DNA from: Alphaproteobacteria bacterium
GTDB taxonomy: Bacteria > Pseudomonadota > Alphaproteobacteria > UBA828
Length of the DNA: 64,000 bases
NCBI GenBank assembly: GCA_965214705.1
Contig: OZ243972.1
Span: 2,400,001-2,464,000, forward strand
Direction: 5' to 3'
Shown: piece by piece, positions 59,058 through 64,000 of the stretch
Numbering within the stretch: position 1 is the stretch's first letter
How the letters are laid out: every line of letters starts with the position of its first letter
Program-made: the position numbers and the translations under genes
Notes under the pieces: generated by a model
Told to the model about the DNA's origin: nothing
Seen by the model: only the letters and a program-made list of their open reading frames with translations
Database searches by the model: none

Positions 59058-60670
59058 TGGCGGACGGCGACACTGCGGGCCTCGCCCGCCTCGAGCTTCT
59101 CCAAGTGGCCGATGCCGTGGCCAGGGAGAAGGGCATCGAGCGCGAGCTCGTGCTGGAGGCCATGGAGCAGGCCATCACCCACGCGGGCAAGCGGAAGTAC
59201 GGCCAGGAGCACGACATCCGCACCGACATCGACCGCGATACCGGCGAAATCAAGCTGATGCGCTATCTTGAAGTGGCCGAGGAGATCGAGAACGAGGCCA
59301 CCCAGATTGCACTGAGCGAGGCGCAGGAGCGCAACCCGGCCGCGCAGGTGGGCGACTATCTGGCGGACCCGCTGCCGCCCATCGACTTCGGCCGCATTGC
59401 GGCGCAGACGGCGAAGCAGGTGATCGTCCAGAAGGTGCGCGAGGCCGAACGCGCGCGTCAGTACGAGGAATACAAGGACCGCGTGCAGGAGATCGCCAAC
59501 GGCCTCGTCAAGCGCACCGAGTACGGCGGGCTCACCGTCGATCTCGGGCGGGCCGAGGCCGTGATCCGGCGGGAGGACCTGCTGCCGCGCGAATCCTTCC
59601 GCAACGGCGACCGGGTGCGCGCCTACATCTACGACGTCCGCCGCGAGCCGCGCGGGCCGCAGATCTTCATGTCCCGCACGCACCCCAACTTCATGGCCAA
59701 GCTCTTCGCCCAGGAGGTGCCGGAGATTTACGACGGCATCATCGAGATCGATGCCGTGGCCCGCGACCCCGGCAGCCGCGCGAAGATCGCCGTGCACTCC
59801 AACGACAGCAGCATCGATCCCGTTGGCGCGTGCGTCGGCATGCGCGGCTCCCGCGTGCAGGCCGTGGTTGGCGAGCTGCAGGGCGAGAAGATCGACATCA
59901 TCCAGTGGTCGCCCGATCCCGCCGCCTTCATCGTCAACGCGCTGGCGCCGGCCGAGGTCACCAAGGTGGTGCTCGACGAGGAGGCGAAGCGCATCGAGGT
60001 GGTCGTGCCGGACGAGCAGCTTTCGCTCGCCATCGGCCGGCGCGGGCAGAACGTGCGGCTCGCGTCCAACCTCACGGGCTGGGACATCGATATTCTGACC
60101 GAGGCCGAGGAATCGGAACGCCGCCAGGAGGAGTTCCGCACGCGCTCCGAGATGTTCATGGAAGCCCTCGACGTCGACGACGTGATCGCCCATCTGCTCG
60201 TGACGGAAGGGTTCTCTACCGTGGAGGAGGTGGCCTACGTCCCGATCGAGGAGCTCGCCATGATCGAGGGCTTCGAGGAGGAGCTGGCGGCCGAGCTTTC
60301 GAGCCGCGCCGCGGCCTACGTCGAGGCGATGAACAAGGAGCTCAACGAGCGCCGGATCGAGCTCGGCGTCAGCGACGAGATCGCGGCCATCGACGGCCTG
60401 GACCCGGCAATTCTCGTCGCCCTTGGCGAGAACGAGGTCAAGACGCTCGACGATCTCGGCGATCTCGCGGGCGACGAGCTCATCGAGATATTGGGCGACT
60501 TGGCACCGTCGATCGAGGAGGCCAACGCCGTCATCATGATGGCGCGGGCTCACTGGTTCGACGACGAAGAACCGATGGATGGTGCGGAGGCCGGTGAAGC
60601 CGACGAGGCGGCAGAGGCCGGCGACGTCTCCGAGACCGTCGCCGAGGAGCACGAGAGACCGAACGTTTGA
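59057..60670 (+). CDS. nusA: Transcription termination factor NusA
   Basis: [34 protein letters not shown]. Confidence 0.97.
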   Translation: MADGDTAGLARLELLQVADAVAREKGIERELVLEAMEQAITHAGKRKYGQEHDIRTDIDRDTGEIKLMRYLEVAEEIENEATQIALSEAQERNPAAQVGDYLADPLPPIDFGRIAAQTAKQVIVQKVREAERARQYEEYKDRVQEIANGLVKRTEYGGLTVDLGRAEAVIRREDLLPRESFRNGDRVRAYIYDVRREPRGPQIFMSRTHPNFMAKLFAQEVPEIYDGIIEIDAVARDPGSRAKIAVHSNDSSIDPVGACVGMRGSRVQAVVGELQGEKIDIIQWSPDPAAFIVNALAPAEVTKVVLDEEAKRIEVVVPDEQLSLAIGRRGQNVRLASNLTGWDIDILTEAEESERRQEEFRTRSEMFMEALDVDDVIAHLLVTEGFSTVEEVAYVPIEELAMIEGFEEELAAELSSRAAAYVEAMNKELNERRIELGVSDEIAAIDGLDPAILVALGENEVKTLDDLGDLAGDELIEILGDLAPSIEEANAVIMMARAHWFDDEEPMDGAEAGEADEAAEAGDVSETVAEEHERPNV

Positions 60671-61293
60671 CCGCATCGGCACACATGAAAGACCGCCCGG
60701 CCTCGCCGGATGCCGGCTCCCGGCGCTGCATCGCGAGTGGCGCCAGCAAACCCCGCGACGCTCTTCTGCGCTTCGTGGTCGATCCGGCTGGCGCGTTGGT
60801 GCCGGACCTGGGCGAATCGTTGCCGGGCCGGGGGCTCTGGGTCTCTGCCGAGCGTGCCGCGCTGGAAAAGGCCCGCGAGCGCGGCCTGTTCGCCCGCGCC
60901 GCGCGACGGCCGATCGCCGTGGCGCCCGATCTGATCGACGAGGTGGAGCGTCAGTTGACCGCAAGGGCGCTGGATATTCTCGGGCTGGCACGCCGCGCAG
61001 GCGCGCTGGTCACGGGCTTCGACAAGGTGCAGCGCGCGCTCACCGAGCGACGCGTGGCTGTCCTCGTGGAAGCGAGCGACGGCGCGCGGCACGGCCGGGC
61101 GCGCCTCGGTGCGCTGGCGCGGGACATTCCCGTGATCGCGCAATTCGATGGCGCCGCGTTGAGCCGCAGCCTGGGGCGTGAGAATGTAGTGCACGCCGCG
61201 CTGGCACCTGGCCGCCTTGCCGATCGTTTCCTTCGGGAATCCGCTCGGCTTGCCGGTGTGCGCGGAATTTCCGGCGATCGGGACATGGCGTGA
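60667..61293 (+). CDS. YlxR (DUF448)/L7Ae RNA-binding protein
   Basis: RRCI, LLRFV, PGRG.W; between nusA and infB. Confidence 0.85.
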   Translation: MTASAHMKDRPASPDAGSRRCIASGASKPRDALLRFVVDPAGALVPDLGESLPGRGLWVSAERAALEKARERGLFARAARRPIAVAPDLIDEVERQLTARALDILGLARRAGALVTGFDKVQRALTERRVAVLVEASDGARHGRARLGALARDIPVIAQFDGAALSRSLGRENVVHAALAPGRLADRFLRESARLAGVRGISGDRDMA

Positions 61294-63938
61294 TGACTGA
61301 CGAAACCGAAGCCGGTGATCAAGAGCGGCGCAAGCCCCTGTCGCTGAAGCGTCCGGGGCGGCTCGAGCTCAAGAAGACGGTCGATGCCGGCCAGGTTCGG
61401 CAGAGCTTCTCGCACGGCCGCAGCCGGGCCGTCGCCGTCGAGGTTCGCAAGAAGCGAACGCTGAAGCGTGGCGCCGCTGCGGACGGTGTGGCGGCGCCCA
61501 AGGCAAGAGCGCCGGCGCCCAAGCAGCCGCCGCCCGAGCCGGTGGCCGAGGCAGCGCCGCCACCGCCTCAGGAGGAAGTGCAGCAGACCTCCACGGCGCC
61601 ACGCTCTCGCGTCGTCCTCCGCACGCTGACAACCGACGAAAAGGCCGCACGCGCACGGGCCGTCGAGGACGCGATCCGCGCCGAGCGTCAGGAGCGGGAG
61701 CGGGCGGAGGAAGAGGCCCGCCGCCGCGCTGCGGATGAAGAGCGTCTCGCTGCCGAGCGCGCGGAGGCCGAACGGCGGAAGAGCGAGGAAGACGCCCGCC
61801 GCAAGGCCGAAGAAGATGCGCGCAAGCGGGCGGAAGAGGATGCCGCGCGCCGGCTTCCACAGCCCGAGGAACCCAAGCCGGAAGATGCCGCGGCTCCCGA
61901 AGCCGCGCCGGCAGCGCGGCCCGCCCGACCTGGAGAGGCTCCGGCGGAAGAGGATCGCGGCAGGCCCCGCCGCCGCGGCGAGCAGCGCCGCCCCCCCACT
62001 CCTTCGCGGCGCGACCAGCCGCGCCGGCGCGGCGGCAAGATCACGCTTTCCGAGGCCCTCGACGGCACCGTCGGCGAGCAGCGCGGGCGCAGCCTCGCGT
62101 CGCTCCGCCGTCAGCGCGAGCGCGAAAAGCGCCTCGCGCGCGAGGCGATGCGCGCGGACGAACTCAAGCCGGTGGTGCGCGAGGTTATTCTTCCCGAGGC
62201 GATTACGGTGCAGGAGCTCGCCAACCGCATGGCCGTGCGCGGCGCCGAGGTTGTCAAGCGCCTGATGGAGATGGGCACGGTCGTCACCATCACCCAGTCG
62301 ATCGATGCCGACACGGCTCAGCTCGTGGTCGAGGAGTTCGGCCACAAGGTGAGGCGTGTCAGCGAGGCCGACGTCGAGATCGGGCTCAAAGGCGAGGACG
62401 ATGCCGACGAGGCCCTGATGGCCCGCTCGCCCGTGGTCACGGTCATGGGCCATGTCGATCACGGCAAGACCTCGCTGCTCGACGCCATCCGCTCCAGCGA
62501 CGTGGTGTCCGGCGAGGCGGGCGGGATCACCCAGCACATCGGTGCCTACCAGGTGGAGACGCCGAAAGGCTCCCGCATCACCTTCATCGACACGCCCGGC
62601 CACGCCGCCTTCACCGAAATGCGCGCACGGGGCGCAAGCGTGACCGATATCGTCGTTCTCGTGGTCGCGGCGGACGACGGCGTCATGCCGCAGACCGCCG
62701 AAGCGATCAATCATGCGCGCGCCGCAGGCGTGCCGATGCTGATCGCCATCAACAAGATCGACCGGCCCGACGCCGACCCCAACCGGGTGCGCCAGGACCT
62801 GCTCCAGCACGAGATCGTGACCGAGGAGATGGGCGGCGACGTGCTCGCGGTCGAGATTTCGGCAACCGAGAAGCAGAACCTCGACAAGCTCGAGGAGGCG
62901 ATCCTGCTGCAGGCGGAGCTGCTCGAGCTCAGCGCCAACCCGGACCGCGCCGCCGAGGGGATCGTGATCGAAGCCAAGGTCGATCGCGGGCGCGGTGCGG
63001 TGGCCACCGTGTTGGTTCAACGCGGCACGCTCAACGTCGGCGACATCGTGGTCGCCGGCGCGCAGTGGGGCCGGGTGCGGGCGATGTACGACGACCACGG
63101 CGCCGCGGCCAAGGCGGCGGGGCCTGCGGTGCCGGTCGAGATTCTCGGGCTCAGCGGCGTGCCCCTGGCGGGCGACGAGGTGGTGGTGGTCGAGAACGAG
63201 CGCCGTGCGCGGGAGGTCTCCGAGTTCCGCCAGGCGCGCGCCAGGGAGAAGGAGGTCGCGCGCGGCGCGCCGCTCAACCTGGAGCAGCTCTTCTCCGAAA
63301 TCCAGGAGAAGGAAGGCAAGAGCGAGCTTCCCCTGGTCATCAAGGCCGATGTCCAGGGCTCGGTCGAGGCGCTGGTCGGCGCGCTCGGCAGGCTCGGCAC
63401 GGAGGAAGTGGCCGTGCGCGTGCTGCATTCGGGCGTCGGCGGCATCACCGAATCGGACGTGACGCTTGCCGCAGCGTCGGATGCGACCATCGTCGGCTTC
63501 AACGTGCGTGCCAACGCGCAGGCGCGCGAGCTCGCCGCTCGGTGCGCCATCGAGCTCCGCTATCACGCCGTCATCTACGACGTGGTGGACGAGATCAGGG
63601 CCAATCTCGAAGGGATGCTGCGCCCGGAGGCGCGCGAGCGGACGATGGGCAGCGCCCAGATCCTCCAGGTGTTCGACGTGGGCCGCGTCGGCAAGGTAGC
63701 GGGCTGCCGCGTGACCAACGGCCTCGTGCGCCGGGGCGCGAAGGCGCGGCTGCTGCGCGACGATGTGGTCATCCACGACGGCGCGCTCAAGACGCTTCGG
63801 CGCTTCAAGGACGACGTGCGCGAGGTGAAGGAAGGCTACGAGTGCGGCATGTCGTTCGAGAACCACTCCGACTTGCGCGAGGGCGACGTCATCGAGCTCT
63901 ACGAGATCGAGGAGGTCGCGCGCACGCTCGAGACTTAG
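61293..63938 (+). CDS. infB: Translation initiation factor IF-2
   Basis: [27 protein letters not shown]. Confidence 0.98.
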   Translation: MTDETEAGDQERRKPLSLKRPGRLELKKTVDAGQVRQSFSHGRSRAVAVEVRKKRTLKRGAAADGVAAPKARAPAPKQPPPEPVAEAAPPPPQEEVQQTSTAPRSRVVLRTLTTDEKAARARAVEDAIRAERQERERAEEEARRRAADEERLAAERAEAERRKSEEDARRKAEEDARKRAEEDAARRLPQPEEPKPEDAAAPEAAPAARPARPGEAPAEEDRGRPRRRGEQRRPPTPSRRDQPRRRGGKITLSEALDGTVGEQRGRSLASLRRQREREKRLAREAMRADELKPVVREVILPEAITVQELANRMAVRGAEVVKRLMEMGTVVTITQSIDADTAQLVVEEFGHKVRRVSEADVEIGLKGEDDADEALMARSPVVTVMGHVDHGKTSLLDAIRSSDVVSGEAGGITQHIGAYQVETPKGSRITFIDTPGHAAFTEMRARGASVTDIVVLVVAADDGVMPQTAEAINHARAAGVPMLIAINKIDRPDADPNRVRQDLLQHEIVTEEMGGDVLAVEISATEKQNLDKLEEAILLQAELLELSANPDRAAEGIVIEAKVDRGRGAVATVLVQRGTLNVGDIVVAGAQWGRVRAMYDDHGAAAKAAGPAVPVEILGLSGVPLAGDEVVVVENERRAREVSEFRQARAREKEVARGAPLNLEQLFSEIQEKEGKSELPLVIKADVQGSVEALVGALGRLGTEEVAVRVLHSGVGGITESDVTLAAASDATIVGFNVRANAQARELAARCAIELRYHAVIYDVVDEIRANLEGMLRPEARERTMGSAQILQVFDVGRVGKVAGCRVTNGLVRRGAKARLLRDDVVIHDGALKTLRRFKDDVREVKEGYECGMSFENHSDLREGDVIELYEIEEVARTLET

Positions 63939-63959
63939 GGCGCGCCTGTCCAACGATCG

Positions 63960-64000
63960 ATGACGAGGAGAAGCGGCAGCGCTGGCACGCCGAGCCAGCG
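63960..64000 (+). CDS. rbfA: Ribosome-binding factor A, N-terminus (partial)
   Basis: MTRRSGSAGTPSQ(R) directly after infB; only 13 full codons visible, so mostly synteny. Confidence 0.6.
   Translation, partial: MTRRSGSAGTPSQ

Noticed and set aside
61680-61860. Repetitive GAGGAAGA/GCCCGCCGC sequence in infB
   Set aside because: Codon-phased E/R/A-rich coiled coil typical of the IF-2 N-terminus
60951-63953. 1000-aa ORF antisense to infB (similar ones lie opposite glnD, valS, ilvD, nusA and at 43915-46356)
   Set aside because: Antisense frames in high-GC3 genes lack stop codons; the sense genes are unambiguous

Overview
A high-GC alphaproteobacterial (Rhodospirillales-like) chromosome segment. 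Core blocks are rseP-bamA-skp-lpxD-fabZ-lpxA-lpxI-lpxB, glnD-murJ-trpS-tauE-usp-nfu, tsaB, fur-olsB-olsA, popZ-like-valS-ilvD-metC, maoC-dsbB-coq7 and metK-trmB-rimP-nusA-ylxR-infB-rbfA. An accessory catabolic region (about 32.8-56.3 kb) holds cyclic amidohydrolases, a carbamoylase, two luciferase-like monooxygenase (LLM) family oxidoreductases, medium- and short-chain dehydrogenases, a PrpB-like lyase, a CoA transferase and a half-size MetE-like protein, with no regulator or transporter that I could recognise. Mobile traces read directly from the sequence: an intact IS1634-family element (48196-50291, ATGT duplication) splitting a dehydrogenase gene; a hicAB cassette flanked by a 31-bp duplicated gene 3' end; and a ~265-bp MITE-like element. 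The best candidate for an undescribed system is at 54.37-55.50 kb: an orphan Mu gp27/DUF3486-like gene with 88-bp hairpin-rich tandem repeats upstream and a 10-bp-phased CCCR array in its 3' end. Two genes have ACG exactly where the Shine-Dalgarno (SD) site and protein N-terminus predict ATG. No rRNA, tRNA or CRISPR was seen. All family calls are from motif recognition by eye, not database searches.
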